A DNA stretch of 64,000 nucleotides from Candidatus Pacearchaeota archaeon (GCA_038894195.1 JAWAPZ010000001.1:129566-193565); one strand, 5' to 3'. Counted from the stretch's first letter, positions 8,632 through 18,578 are shown. Program-made: numbers and translations. The notes: a model not told the origin generated them from the sequence alone.

Positions 8632-9777
8632 TTATATGTTCCAGTGAAAAATGAACTTATCAACCTGTTTTTTTGCTCTTTCTCTTGCTTTTTGATGCTG
8701 TTTCAAGAATATGTTTATTTTTGTTATAAGGTACTCTTTAAGTTCAGAGGTTAGCATAGAGCCTGTTTTATAATCCCTATAAATATCTGCTATTTTTTTG
8801 TCATCTGGCTCAAAGAAATAATTGAGCCATTGATATGAAACATCAACATCGGGATTACCACCTTGCTGTCTGTGTTCTTCTACAGTTGATTTGCCTCCAC
8901 TAAAAGCGTGCCTTGTTATCTTGTCTCTGACTTGCTCTGGCGTATCGGTAGTCCAGATTGTTGAATCAGGGTCGCTTGTTGACATTTTGCTACCATAAGT
9001 TTTTAATCCACTTAGAAATTTGGCGTGTATAATTGAAGGTTTATAGTAACCGAGTTTGGGTAAAACATCTCGCGCAATTCTGAAATGAGGATCTTGGTCT
9101 ATTCCTAAAGGAATTAAGCAAGGGATATTTTTCTTTGAAAGAACACTCGGCAAGAAACAAGGAACTGCCTGCATGGCTGTATAAAAAATAGAGCCTATGT
9201 TCGTTTCATTTGAAAAACCAAAAACAGCTTTGACAGTTGAGAATGTGATCTTTTTAGCAACTTTGCAAGCTTCTTTGAACATTATATTTGCGTGCCTTGT
9301 ATCAATTAAAAAATGTGTTTTTCTGTGATCAAAACCGAGAGCTATTACATCGAGCATGTTTTCATTTGTCCATTTTTGAACTTCATCAAACTCGAGATCT
9401 TCTCGAATCATGAATTTCTCTTCGTCTGGAAATTGAAACCATAGTTCTGCTTGGAATTTTTCTTGCAACCATCTGCAGAAAACCCATGGTAACAAGTGTC
9501 CTATATGTATCTTGCCTGACGGGGCACGACCAGTGTATAAAAAAAATTTATTTCCTCGTTCATATTCATCAAGAAGCCATGTAAGATCTCTGTGAGCTAA
9601 AAAAACTCTTCTTGTCAGCATGAAATGCAGTTCTTTTGCATGTTTCTTAATTCTTTCAAGAATTTCATTGGTTATGGGTTGAATACCAAATTTTTTTATG
9701 AGGTGCTGATAATCTTTTTCGGTCAGCCTGCCTCTAAATTCGTAGGGGGTTAGTTTAGCATCCTGCACATTTTTCAT
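8632..9777 (-). CDS. trpS: Tryptophanyl-tRNA synthetase, archaeal/eukaryotic type
   Basis: HIGH-like GKIHIGH and KMSTS. The N-terminus KLTPYEFRG...KKFGIQPIT is typical of archaeal TrpRS. The ORF is open to 9849; start is more likely MKNVQD at 9777. Confidence 0.85.
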   Translation of the reverse strand: MKNVQDAKLTPYEFRGRLTEKDYQHLIKKFGIQPITNEILERIKKHAKELHFMLTRRVFLAHRDLTWLLDEYERGNKFFLYTGRAPSGKIHIGHLLPWVFCRWLQEKFQAELWFQFPDEEKFMIREDLEFDEVQKWTNENMLDVIALGFDHRKTHFLIDTRHANIMFKEACKVAKKITFSTVKAVFGFSNETNIGSIFYTAMQAVPCFLPSVLSKKNIPCLIPLGIDQDPHFRIARDVLPKLGYYKPSIIHAKFLSGLKTYGSKMSTSDPDSTIWTTDTPEQVRDKITRHAFSGGKSTVEEHRQQGGNPDVDVSYQWLNYFFEPDDKKIADIYRDYKTGSMLTSELKEYLITKINIFLKQHQKARERAKKQVDKFIFHWNI

Positions 9778-9830
9778 CTTACCATGAAGAACAGAGATTT
9801 TATAAATCTTACTTGCATTAAGAGATAAAA

Positions 9831-10250
9831 ATGTTAATAAGAAAAGCAAAAGAGGAAGATAGAAAACAGATTATCAAGCTAGTTGATACGTTATATTGCA
9901 ACTCTCCTTTTATGAAAAAAGAATGGAGAAAAAAATTTAATGAATTTATTCTAGCAACATTTGTTGTTGAAATAAAAAAGAAAATTGTTGGCTACATTGC
10001 TTTTGGTTTTACTAAAGATTCTGTGTACATTGGTGATCTTTATATTTTGCCAGAACATAGAAGAAAGGGACTTGCTACTAGACTTCTCAAGGTAGTTGAA
10101 AAAATAAAAGAGAAATTTAAAAAGGAAAACATTCTTGTAGATTTTAGAGAACATAATAGAGGAGCTAGAAAATTTTATGAAAAGCATGGATTTAAATTTT
10201 TAAAAAAATTTGGGAAGTTAAATCACAATCTTTTAAGATTTAGAAAATGA
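9831..10250 (+). CDS. GNAT family N-acetyltransferase
   Basis: YIAFGF...IGDLYILPEHRRKGLATRLL acetyl-CoA binding motif. Confidence 0.7.
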   Translation: MLIRKAKEEDRKQIIKLVDTLYCNSPFMKKEWRKKFNEFILATFVVEIKKKIVGYIAFGFTKDSVYIGDLYILPEHRRKGLATRLLKVVEKIKEKFKKENILVDFREHNRGARKFYEKHGFKFLKKFGKLNHNLLRFRK

Positions 10251-11278
10251 AACATAATCTTAAAATTACTGTGGTAATTGTTGTAATGTTTATAATAAGT
10301 ATGCTTCTTGGCCTAGTCGTTATTAATTCTTACGACAGATATTTTGGAAAAACTAGCCAGAAAATTGCACAAGAAGCTGCTGAAAAGAATATAACTATAG
10401 AAAAGCCGGATATCTCGTTTGTGCAAGAAACTGTGCCCCCACCGATGGAACCAAAAAGAACAATAGATGTTATTAATATATTGGTAAGTATCCTTATTGC
10501 TATTGCAATAGCTGTTGGGTTATTTTTATTACTATCTAAAATTAAAATTCACTTATTTATTAAAGGATGGTTTGCGATTGTTATTTTTATTTGTCTGGTG
10601 GTTGCACTAACTTTGCTTTTGTACTATATTTTTGGATCACAAAGTTTGTTTAATTTTTTTGGTAAAAAGATTTCTATAGCGGAAATGCTTGCCTTACCTA
10701 TCGCTTTTGTTCTCACTTATTTTAAAATAAAAAAAGGAAACAGTATAATTCATAATGTTTCGGAACTTTTTGTTTATCCTGGACTTGCGGTTATTTTTAT
10801 TCCTATCCTTAATGTTTTGGCTGCTGCTATTTTGTTAATTTTAATTTCAGTGTACGATATGATTGCGGTGTGGAAAACAAAGCATATGCAAGCTATGGCG
10901 AAATTTCAGATAGAGTATTTAAAGATTTTTACTGGTTTTCTCCTACCCTACACAAGTAAAAAAGATAAAGTAAAAATTAAGAAGTTAAAATTAGAACTTA
11001 AAAAAATTAAATCAAAAAAGAAACAGCAAGCTTTTTTAAAAAAACAAAAAATTAAAGTCAATATAGCTGCTCTTGGCGGTGGAGACGTTGCATTCCCCCT
11101 CATATTTATTGGGACTATTTTACTTTCTTATGGTTTAACAGCTGCTTTCACTGTAGTTGGAACAACCACCTTAGCACTTGCCCTCTTGCTTATATTTGCA
11201 AAGAAAGGTAAATTTTATCCTGCAATGCCTTTTTTAAGTGCAGGATGTTTTCTTGGGTTGTTGCTTGTGCTAATCTAG
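10247..11278 (+). CDS. Presenilin / signal-peptide-peptidase-like intramembrane aspartyl protease (A22 family)
   Basis: Multi-TM protein with YD (SVYDMIAVW), GxGD (LGGGDVAFP) and PAL-like (YPAMPFL) motifs in the canonical order. Confidence 0.65.
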   Translation: MKHNLKITVVIVVMFIISMLLGLVVINSYDRYFGKTSQKIAQEAAEKNITIEKPDISFVQETVPPPMEPKRTIDVINILVSILIAIAIAVGLFLLLSKIKIHLFIKGWFAIVIFICLVVALTLLLYYIFGSQSLFNFFGKKISIAEMLALPIAFVLTYFKIKKGNSIIHNVSELFVYPGLAVIFIPILNVLAAAILLILISVYDMIAVWKTKHMQAMAKFQIEYLKIFTGFLLPYTSKKDKVKIKKLKLELKKIKSKKKQQAFLKKQKIKVNIAALGGGDVAFPLIFIGTILLSYGLTAAFTVVGTTTLALALLLIFAKKGKFYPAMPFLSAGCFLGLLLVLI

Positions 11279-11279
11279 T

Positions 11280-11771
11280 TCAATAAACAATCACAACAAG
11301 CAAACCAACAATTTGCGAAAACCTTACTTTGCTATCACTGAATTGAGCATTGTCACCTTTTGTTTTGCAGAACCACCCATCAGAATCATAACCGATTGCA
11401 GTAACACGATGAGAAATTATCTCCTCTCCAGATTTATAAGAGATTATATCCCCAACATGAATCTCTTTAGAGTTTGCCGGTTTAATTTCAATGCCATTTG
11501 CTGTATTGTCTAAGGTTGGGTCCATACTGTTTGTATCGGAATAAGTAACCAGGACAGGATTGTCAAGATAGATGATTACCTTATCCTCCAAAACCTGGAT
11601 CTGATTTTCAGTTATTCTGTCAGAGGGGCTTTTCTTTTCTGTAAGTACAGATAGATGGTCTGTTAAAGATCTACCCTCACGCGAGGCTAATGATGATATA
11701 CACAGGAAAAGAGAAAAAACCACGAAGATTAGGGCAATTGTAAGAAAAATTTTAATTGTTTTTGTTTTCAT
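11280..11771 (-). CDS. Signal peptidase I (S26 family, Sec11-like)
   Basis: N-terminal TM segment. Catalytic-Ser box TNSMDPTL. Confidence 0.7.
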   Translation of the reverse strand: MKTKTIKIFLTIALIFVVFSLFLCISSLASREGRSLTDHLSVLTEKKSPSDRITENQIQVLEDKVIIYLDNPVLVTYSDTNSMDPTLDNTANGIEIKPANSKEIHVGDIISYKSGEEIISHRVTAIGYDSDGWFCKTKGDNAQFSDSKVRFSQIVGLLVVIVY

Positions 11772-11853
11772 TTTCTTATTTTTGACACTTTAAAATGGTT
11801 ACAACTGTTTATAAATTTTTTCTTAAAAAGTTAGGATAAGTAAGGAGTAAAAA

Positions 11854-12453
11854 TTAATAAGCAAAAAAATCAATTTTACACCTTGACATTATTTTATAAA
11901 ATTCCAGGTCTCTTTTGTATTCTGTGTGTTCTTCATATAAAAAAAGGGCTTTTGCCATCCCCTCCCAAAAAAAGAACCATCCTGCCGGCTCTAAAACTAC
12001 AATAAGGACTGCAGAAATGAAACTTCCCTCTAAAAAATGAGTAAATAAAACAATCGCTCCTAAAATCATTAATAGAAACCCAAGCGAAGCAAGAATTAAG
12101 CCATTTTTTCTTTTGTCTCTAACCTCCTTTTCCTTTGCTCTGAAATGCTCCTCAAAGTGATTTTTCAACCTTTTTTTGATAATTCTTTCAATCTTTAAAT
12201 CTCTCTTGTTTTCTGGTATCATAAATTTTAATTCATGAATTCCTGGTCCTTTTTCTCTAACCGCTTTTTTTGCTTCAAGCAAAAAATCGTCTGAAAGAGC
12301 CCTTATAGATAGGTCTCTTGGGTCAAAATCAGAGAATATATCATTGTAGGTATCCAGTAGAATACTTATCTCTGACATGTCTAAAAGATATTTTTTATGC
12401 TTTGCACACTGCTCAAATGATGGTACTTTTAAGATCTTTTCCTCTTTTTCCAT
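11854..12453 (-). CDS. Hypothetical membrane protein
   Basis: 199 aa with two C-terminal TM helices. Confidence 0.35.
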   Translation of the reverse strand: MEKEEKILKVPSFEQCAKHKKYLLDMSEISILLDTYNDIFSDFDPRDLSIRALSDDFLLEAKKAVREKGPGIHELKFMIPENKRDLKIERIIKKRLKNHFEEHFRAKEKEVRDKRKNGLILASLGFLLMILGAIVLFTHFLEGSFISAVLIVVLEPAGWFFFWEGMAKALFLYEEHTEYKRDLEFYKIMSRCKIDFFAY

Positions 12454-12491
12454 GCTTCTAGATAGAAATCATAATTTTTAAGTTTATCGTG

Positions 12492-12534
12492 ATAAGGGCA
12501 CACCTACTTATCAACCCTTAATGAACATTTAACG
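12492..12534 (+). repeat. Free-standing copy of the tRNA-intron-like hairpin element (ATAAGGG...CTTAT-CAACCCTTAA)
   Basis: ATAAGGGCACACCTACTTATCAACCCTTAATGAACATTTAACG resembles the intron of the tRNA at 3985-4019, the Lys anticodon intron and the Ser intron repeat unit. It lies across the 3' end of the aCPSF1 gene and the adjoining spacer. Confidence 0.4.
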
Positions 12535-14436
12535 TATTCTTATTGTGTCTAAGTTCCTTGGAACAGTTGTTTCTACTTTATAAAGTTTATAGAAAGTTGA
12601 AGCCAAATCCAGAGAACGAGAAAGCTCACCATGATTAATTATGATCCTTTTTGGTGAAGGTACTAAGTTGTTTACAAAACTCAAAAGTTCTTTTCTTCCA
12701 GCATGACCTGAAAAACCATCTAGAGAATGAACTTCCATTTTTAAAGTAGCGTGTTCTTCTTTTTCGCCCTCGAATTTTATTTCTTTCAAGCCCTCTTGAA
12801 TCTGCCTTCCTAGAGAACCTGCAGCCTGATAACAAACAAAAATCAGTGTGTTTAGTTTATTGTCTATTAAATTTTTTAAATACTCCACACTAGCTCCCCC
12901 GACCAACATTCCAGATGTTGCAAGTATAATACAAGGGCCACCTTCGAGAACTTGCTGTCTTTCTTGTGGCGAACCCACATGCTTAATATTATCGGACAAG
13001 AAAGGGTTCTGGTCCTGGAAAATCAAGGACCTTAGATTAGAAGAAAGAAAATTAGGATATGCTGTGTGTATTGCAGTTACATCCCAAACAAGACCATCTA
13101 CATAAACATTGACATTTTTAGGAAGCTTGCCCTCCTTTATTGCATTATCTATTACAAGAATCTCTTCCTGTCCTCTTCCAACACCGAGAACAGGAATAAG
13201 TACCTTGCCTTTTCTCTCGAGGGTCTTGTTTATTATTTCGATAAGTGAAGCCTCGAGCTCTTTTCTTGGCAAAAAAATGTTTTGCTGACCACCATATGTG
13301 CTTTCACAAATCAGTGTTTCTAAACGAGGAAAATTACAAGCAGCAAGATCTAGAACCCTAGATCTTGAGAATTTAAAGTCAGCTGTATAGAGTAAATTAT
13401 GCAAACCATTACCTATATTAAGATGTATCATTGAACTTCCAAGGCAGTGCCCAGCATTGTACAAAGTGAGTCGAACATCAGGAGTTATATCAGTAACTTC
13501 ATTATACTCCAATTCAACAGAGTGTTTTATCATTGTCTTAACGTCAGCAACCCTAAAGAGAGGTGCTACTGCTTGTTTATAGCTGACTCCTATAAAATCT
13601 AGAGCAAGTAAAGCTGTTATGTCTCTTGTAGGAGCAGTCATGTAACAGGGACCTCTATAACCTATTCTATAAAGGTATGGCAAAACACCACTGTGGTCAA
13701 GATGCGCATGCGAAAGTATAACGGCGTCTATGCTCTTGAGATCAAATTCGGGCGCATTAAAATAAGGAAATTTTTCTGAATTAACCCCCGCAACATTTAT
13801 GCCGCAATCAAGCAAGATTCTAGATTCGGGTGTTTGTAACAGTAAGCAACTTCGGCCAACTTGTCTTCCCCCCCCAAGAAAACTTATTCTTACCCACTCT
13901 TCTTTTTTCTCAGGACTCCATTCTTTATAGATCTTTTTACCTATGCTATTTAAAAATTTCTTTCTGTAACCTTCCTTTTCAAAAAGAGTGTGCCTTATTG
14001 CAGTAGTGATTTTACTTTGAATTGCTGGGATTCTAGAAACTTGGGGTGTCCAAAAAGTTTTTTCTTTAATGCTCTTTAGTATTTCGCCTCCCTTGCCTAT
14101 CGCTAATCCTGGTTTTTTTGTTTCTATGACTACTATGCTTCTTGCATCGTCAAACAAAACACCTTGAACTTCGGCTTCTTTTGGTACAAGTTCTTGGATT
14201 ATCTTCTCTGTTTTATCGTGATCTAACAAAATTTCTTTTTCTGCCCTTAGCTCTACACGTTTTTTAATCTTGTTGACTATCTCTCTAATTTTTTCATCAC
14301 TTTCATGGAAAAATTCCTTATCACGAGTGTAAAGAACAATGTTTGCTCCTTCAAAGTTTGCAGAGCTGATTACCTTTGGTAGTTCGTCTAAAATTACTTT
14401 TAAGATGTCTGGCATTTTTAATTTTTTACTAGCCAA
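12529..14436 (-). CDS. aCPSF1: KH-domain / metallo-beta-lactamase / beta-CASP ribonuclease
   Basis: 635 aa. N-terminal KH domains. HAHLDHSG metallo-beta-lactamase motif and beta-CASP C-terminal region. Confidence 0.85.
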   Translation of the reverse strand: MASKKLKMPDILKVILDELPKVISSANFEGANIVLYTRDKEFFHESDEKIREIVNKIKKRVELRAEKEILLDHDKTEKIIQELVPKEAEVQGVLFDDARSIVVIETKKPGLAIGKGGEILKSIKEKTFWTPQVSRIPAIQSKITTAIRHTLFEKEGYRKKFLNSIGKKIYKEWSPEKKEEWVRISFLGGGRQVGRSCLLLQTPESRILLDCGINVAGVNSEKFPYFNAPEFDLKSIDAVILSHAHLDHSGVLPYLYRIGYRGPCYMTAPTRDITALLALDFIGVSYKQAVAPLFRVADVKTMIKHSVELEYNEVTDITPDVRLTLYNAGHCLGSSMIHLNIGNGLHNLLYTADFKFSRSRVLDLAACNFPRLETLICESTYGGQQNIFLPRKELEASLIEIINKTLERKGKVLIPVLGVGRGQEEILVIDNAIKEGKLPKNVNVYVDGLVWDVTAIHTAYPNFLSSNLRSLIFQDQNPFLSDNIKHVGSPQERQQVLEGGPCIILATSGMLVGGASVEYLKNLIDNKLNTLIFVCYQAAGSLGRQIQEGLKEIKFEGEKEEHATLKMEVHSLDGFSGHAGRKELLSFVNNLVPSPKRIIINHGELSRSLDLASTFYKLYKVETTVPRNLDTIRIR

Positions 14437-14491
14437 GAGAATTTAATCATGAAAAATATAACGCGATTCTATTCTTTTAGGCCATTATGTT

Positions 14492-15151
14492 TTAACTTTT
14501 CTTTATTAAAACTTGTTTGACTTCTTCTGTCAATACTTTTTTTGCACCGTCTTTATTAATAACAACAACATCTATTCCTGAACCTGAAGCTGTGTCTCGT
14601 TGCATTGCTGCATTTATCGCTCTTACAGCAAGTTTAATTCCTTCCTCTACAGTTATTTCTTGTTTGTATGCATCTTCAAGCACTCCATAAGCAATAACAC
14701 TACCTGAACCATCTGAAACATAATCTTTATGTTCCATTAAACTTCCGTCTGGAGCTACCTCAAAAAGCCAGAAACCTTTCTTATCAACACCACCAACTAA
14801 AAAGGCTGAAATTCCTATTAGTGTTGAAAATTTCCTTATATTCTCGTAAGTTAGCATCGCAAAAAGACTTGCTATTTCTTTAATTGTCGGTTCTGCCTTA
14901 GTTCTAAGCTGTTTTAATTTTAATTCAGCTTTTGTTAATTTCAGAATTAACTGCACGTCTGAAACATTTCCGGCTGTTGTTACTGCTGATTTGTCGGTTA
15001 CTAAAAAAACTTTGTCAGCTTTTTTGTGCGCCACTAAAGGAGGATATCCCATCGTTGCACGCTTGTCAGCAGCAAGTACTATACCATCTTTACAAACTAA
15101 TCCGAGAGTTGTAGTTCCAGACTTAACAACATTTTTTTCTATCTTGTCCAT
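14492..15151 (-). CDS. psmB: Proteasome subunit beta
   Basis: Propeptide then TTTLGLVCKDGIVLAADKRAT, with the Thr1 nucleophile context. Confidence 0.9.
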   Translation of the reverse strand: MDKIEKNVVKSGTTTLGLVCKDGIVLAADKRATMGYPPLVAHKKADKVFLVTDKSAVTTAGNVSDVQLILKLTKAELKLKQLRTKAEPTIKEIASLFAMLTYENIRKFSTLIGISAFLVGGVDKKGFWLFEVAPDGSLMEHKDYVSDGSGSVIAYGVLEDAYKQEITVEEGIKLAVRAINAAMQRDTASGSGIDVVVINKDGAKKVLTEEVKQVLIKKS

Positions 15152-15324
15152 TTTCAGAATACATCTTTCTTATGCCTCGAAAGTTTTTAAATGTTTCTAT
15201 ATGTTTTATATGTTGGTTTGCTGAGACATTATTTTTAGACAACATAAATAATTTTCTGTTAACAATAATCATACAATCTAATAATTTTAAAAAGGAAGCA
15301 TTAACAATTTTTTATTTGTAAAAG

Positions 15325-15440
15325 TCCCCGCAGCCGGATTTGAACCGGCAACCTCACGGGTTCTATGAACGCATGCTCGAGTTTCACGCAAAATGATGCA
15401 TAAACTACAGCCGTGCGCTCCACCATTGAGCTATGCGGGG
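15325..15440 (-). tRNA. tRNA-Tyr(GTA) with ~45-nt anticodon-loop intron
   Basis: Reverse complement shows acceptor CCCCGCA/TGCGGGG, D-arm GCTC-AATGGTG-GAGC, anticodon stem CACGG/CCGTG around CTGTAG plus intron, T-arm GCCGG-TTCAAAT-CCGGC. Discriminator A. Confidence 0.75.
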
Positions 15441-15478
15441 TGTTGGAATGAAGAAATATGGCTTAAAAAATTTTCCGA

Positions 15479-15772
15479 TTATGAAGAAAAAATTTCTCTT
15501 AATCTTCCTTGCTTAAACAATTCAAGGACTTGACTATAAGTTTTATTTAAAATATACCATGGAACATGTTTGTCCTTATAGGGGATGTTATTCATCATAA
15601 CATTATTTTTAATTTCTTGCTCAAAACTTTTTCCTAGTTTTTGCGTTAATTCTTCATTTATTTCTTTGGGTATTTGTTCTGAAACAAGATAGGGGCATTC
15701 CTCAACAACACCATGTTGTTCTATAGCTTTTTTAACAGCTTCTAGAATTCTTGATTGAAAAAGCGTATCCAT
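15479..15772 (-). CDS. Hypothetical protein; start chosen to abut the aspS stop
   Basis: Start set at MDTLFQS so the gene abuts aspS without overlap. No recognisable motif. Confidence 0.35.
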   Translation of the reverse strand: MDTLFQSRILEAVKKAIEQHGVVEECPYLVSEQIPKEINEELTQKLGKSFEQEIKNNVMMNNIPYKDKHVPWYILNKTYSQVLELFKQGRLREIFSS

Positions 15773-15773
15773 T

Positions 15774-17069
15774 TTAAGGAACAAGTCTTTCAGTATCTCT
15801 TGGAAACAAACAAGCTTCACGAATATTTTCAAGTCCAAGCAAAACTTGCGTAAATCTTTCTATCCCTAGAGCAAAGCCCCCATGTGGCGGCATACCATAT
15901 TTAAAGAATTTAGTAAACCACTCAAGGTTCTTTGGATTTAATTTTTTTTCTTTTATATTTTTGATTAGAACATTATATCTATGTTCTCGCTGACCTCCTG
16001 AACTAAGCTCAAGATTTTTGCAGTATAGGTCAACACTTCTAGCATAATCATTATCGTGATAAACATAAAAAGGTTTGAGTTTGAATGGAAAACCGTTTAT
16101 AAAGAAAAAATCTGATTTATATTTTTTTTGTACATAGCTTGTAAGTAATTTTTCGGCTTCTGAATCAAGATCTTCGTCAGTTTTTATTTTTTTTCCAAGC
16201 CCTTCTAAAATTTCATAAATTTTAGGAAACTTAAGTTCTGGGAAAGGAACTTTTGGAATTTTTAGCCGAACATTTAAAAATTCAAGTTCTTCTTTGCACT
16301 TTCCAATTGCATTTTTAATTGCATTCGCAACAATTTGCTCTTCAACTCGCATTGTGTCCTCTTCATTTTCAATAAAAGCTAACTCTACTGCCATACATCT
16401 ATGTTCAGTCAAATGCTTTACTGTATGGCTTTTTTCAGCTCTCCAGCTAGGTCCAAGGTCATAGATTTTTTCTAAACCTCCTGCAATTGTTAATTGCCGA
16501 TGTAACTGTGGGTCCTGCCTTAAAAATGCTTTCTTGTTAAAGTAGAGAACATGAAAGACATCTGCACCAGACTCAGAAGCGGAACCCATCAAACAAGGTG
16601 TTGAGACTTGTATGAACCCTTGAGAATTAAGCCATTGCTGCATTCCCTCAATTAAAGCTGCTTGAATCTTAAAAATTGCTATGTTTTTTCTTGTTCTCAA
16701 GTCAAGGCTTCTATAATCCAATCTTCTCGCAAATCCAGTCTTGATTTCTTTTGATTTAATATCGATGGGTAGAGGCTCTGCTATCGATAAGATTTTAATT
16801 TTATTAGCTTCAATTTCAATATTTTTTTTTGTAACCTCGGGACTTTTAATTTGTGCTTCACAAACCTGGCCTTCAACCGAAATAACAGATTCTAGTGTTA
16901 GCTTCGTAAATTCAGGAAAAAGTTTTTCATCTTTAATGACACATTGAACTATACCAGTCACGTCACGTAAAAGAATAAACTTTATCTTAGCTAGATCTCT
17001 AAGCTCGTGAATCCAACCTTTTAAGAGCACCCGACCATTTTTTAAATCTTTAATATATGCACGTTCCAT
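15774..17069 (-). CDS. aspS: Aspartyl-tRNA synthetase, archaeal type (possibly non-discriminating)
   Basis: N-terminal OB fold, class II motifs including GGFALGIERF, C-terminal FPRDTERLVP. Confidence 0.9.
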   Translation of the reverse strand: MERAYIKDLKNGRVLLKGWIHELRDLAKIKFILLRDVTGIVQCVIKDEKLFPEFTKLTLESVISVEGQVCEAQIKSPEVTKKNIEIEANKIKILSIAEPLPIDIKSKEIKTGFARRLDYRSLDLRTRKNIAIFKIQAALIEGMQQWLNSQGFIQVSTPCLMGSASESGADVFHVLYFNKKAFLRQDPQLHRQLTIAGGLEKIYDLGPSWRAEKSHTVKHLTEHRCMAVELAFIENEEDTMRVEEQIVANAIKNAIGKCKEELEFLNVRLKIPKVPFPELKFPKIYEILEGLGKKIKTDEDLDSEAEKLLTSYVQKKYKSDFFFINGFPFKLKPFYVYHDNDYARSVDLYCKNLELSSGGQREHRYNVLIKNIKEKKLNPKNLEWFTKFFKYGMPPHGGFALGIERFTQVLLGLENIREACLFPRDTERLVP

Positions 17070-17165
17070 AAATTATTTCAGCAAAGATAATTTATAAATT
17101 TTGGCTTATTTTAGATCTGTTAATTAGTTAATCAAAATTATTGTATTAGTTTCTTTTGATCAGTT

Positions 17166-18578
17166 TTATTTAACATATTTTTTTAATATATCCGAAGCAT
17201 CTTTTGGATTAACATACTTAAAATGTTGCATTATGATACCCATGTAAGCATTAACGCTAAGCCCTTTTTTTGTTTTGATTAATTGCTGAATGTACTCTTC
17301 TACTTTTTGTAGGTCAATTTTTTCTGCTTTTAATGCTTGCTCAAGCTCCTTACCCCTAACAATTTCAAGCATAACTTTTTTTACCTGTGACTCTTGAACC
17401 TCACCCCTAATAGTTTTTTCAAGCAAATGTTCTATAATGTCAAGATTAAGTTTCTTATCAATTTCTTCAAGCCCAAGTTTTTCATGGCTTGCTATCTCAT
17501 GAGGCCATAAAACAAGCATCTTAGCAATTAAATTTGGTTTGTTCGCAAGTTTTTCAAGTGCCTTGAACTCCTGAAGTTTATTCTTTTGTAAAATTAATTT
17601 AATAAGCTCAGGATTCATTCCTTTTTCTTTCAACTCAAGTTCAATTTCTTCTCGAAGTTTTGGCAAAGTTCCTCTTGCTTCTTTCAAGAATTCTTTTGTA
17701 TAAATTAAAGGAAGATCTGTTTCAGGATACATTCTAGCTGATCCTGCTAATGGCCTAAGAAAAGTTGTGCTTCCGTCTTGGTTTGCCTTTCTTACTTCCC
17801 GTCTTTTTGTCTTTTCTTGCTGTTGTCTTCTTATTTCATATTCCAAAACTTTTACTATCAAATCTGGTTCTTGGACTCCCTTAATCTCAACTCTTGGATG
17901 CCCCGGCGTACTTATATTGACGTCCTGTCTTATAGTCCCTATGCCTCGCTTAACTTTACAAGCCCTGAGAATTTCTCCAAGTTTTAAAGCAACTTGCTTA
18001 GCTTCTTCTGGCGAGTTTATATCTGGTTTAGTCACGAGCTCGACAAGAGGAATTCCAAGCCTGTCAAGTCTGAATGTTATTGAATTTGCTTCTCTTTTTA
18101 TCTCGCGAGCAGCATCTTCTTCAAGTGTCAAGCTCTGGAGACCTATTTTCTTGTTACCAATTTCAAGAAAACCATCTTCTGCAACAAGAAGAGTTCTTTG
18201 AAAACCTGAAACACAACTGCCATTAATTATTGTTTTACGCATTACTTGAGTAACTGGAAAAACTTTCATATTGAGCAAAAGAGCAAGCTGTAAAGCTATT
18301 ATTAAAGCATCTTGGTTAATTTCGTGCGGCGGTTCTTCATCTAACTCAACTAAGCAGTTAGAATCTTTATAAGCTTCATAAATAAACTCACGCTCTTGAG
18401 CTTCTTCAAAACTTGCTGCTTCGTCAATTACACCTGTCTCTCCAACAACCGCTTTCATTCTTCTTTTTAGAATTATTTCTGGTTCATCTTGCCTTAAGAT
18501 AGAAGGACATCTACAAAACAACTTTCCTGTATCAAGCTGCTGATGAATTTCAATGCCTATCTTGACCGAATCTTGCAT
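17166..18578 (-). CDS. gatB: Glu/Asp-tRNA amidotransferase subunit B/E family
   Basis: N-terminal IGIEIHQQLDTGKLFCRC is the GatB/GatE signature. 470 aa matches GatB length, but the N-terminal motif is GatE-like. Location next to aspS suggests Asn-tRNA formation. Confidence 0.7.
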   Translation of the reverse strand: MQDSVKIGIEIHQQLDTGKLFCRCPSILRQDEPEIILKRRMKAVVGETGVIDEAASFEEAQEREFIYEAYKDSNCLVELDEEPPHEINQDALIIALQLALLLNMKVFPVTQVMRKTIINGSCVSGFQRTLLVAEDGFLEIGNKKIGLQSLTLEEDAAREIKREANSITFRLDRLGIPLVELVTKPDINSPEEAKQVALKLGEILRACKVKRGIGTIRQDVNISTPGHPRVEIKGVQEPDLIVKVLEYEIRRQQQEKTKRREVRKANQDGSTTFLRPLAGSARMYPETDLPLIYTKEFLKEARGTLPKLREEIELELKEKGMNPELIKLILQKNKLQEFKALEKLANKPNLIAKMLVLWPHEIASHEKLGLEEIDKKLNLDIIEHLLEKTIRGEVQESQVKKVMLEIVRGKELEQALKAEKIDLQKVEEYIQQLIKTKKGLSVNAYMGIIMQHFKYVNPKDASDILKKYVK

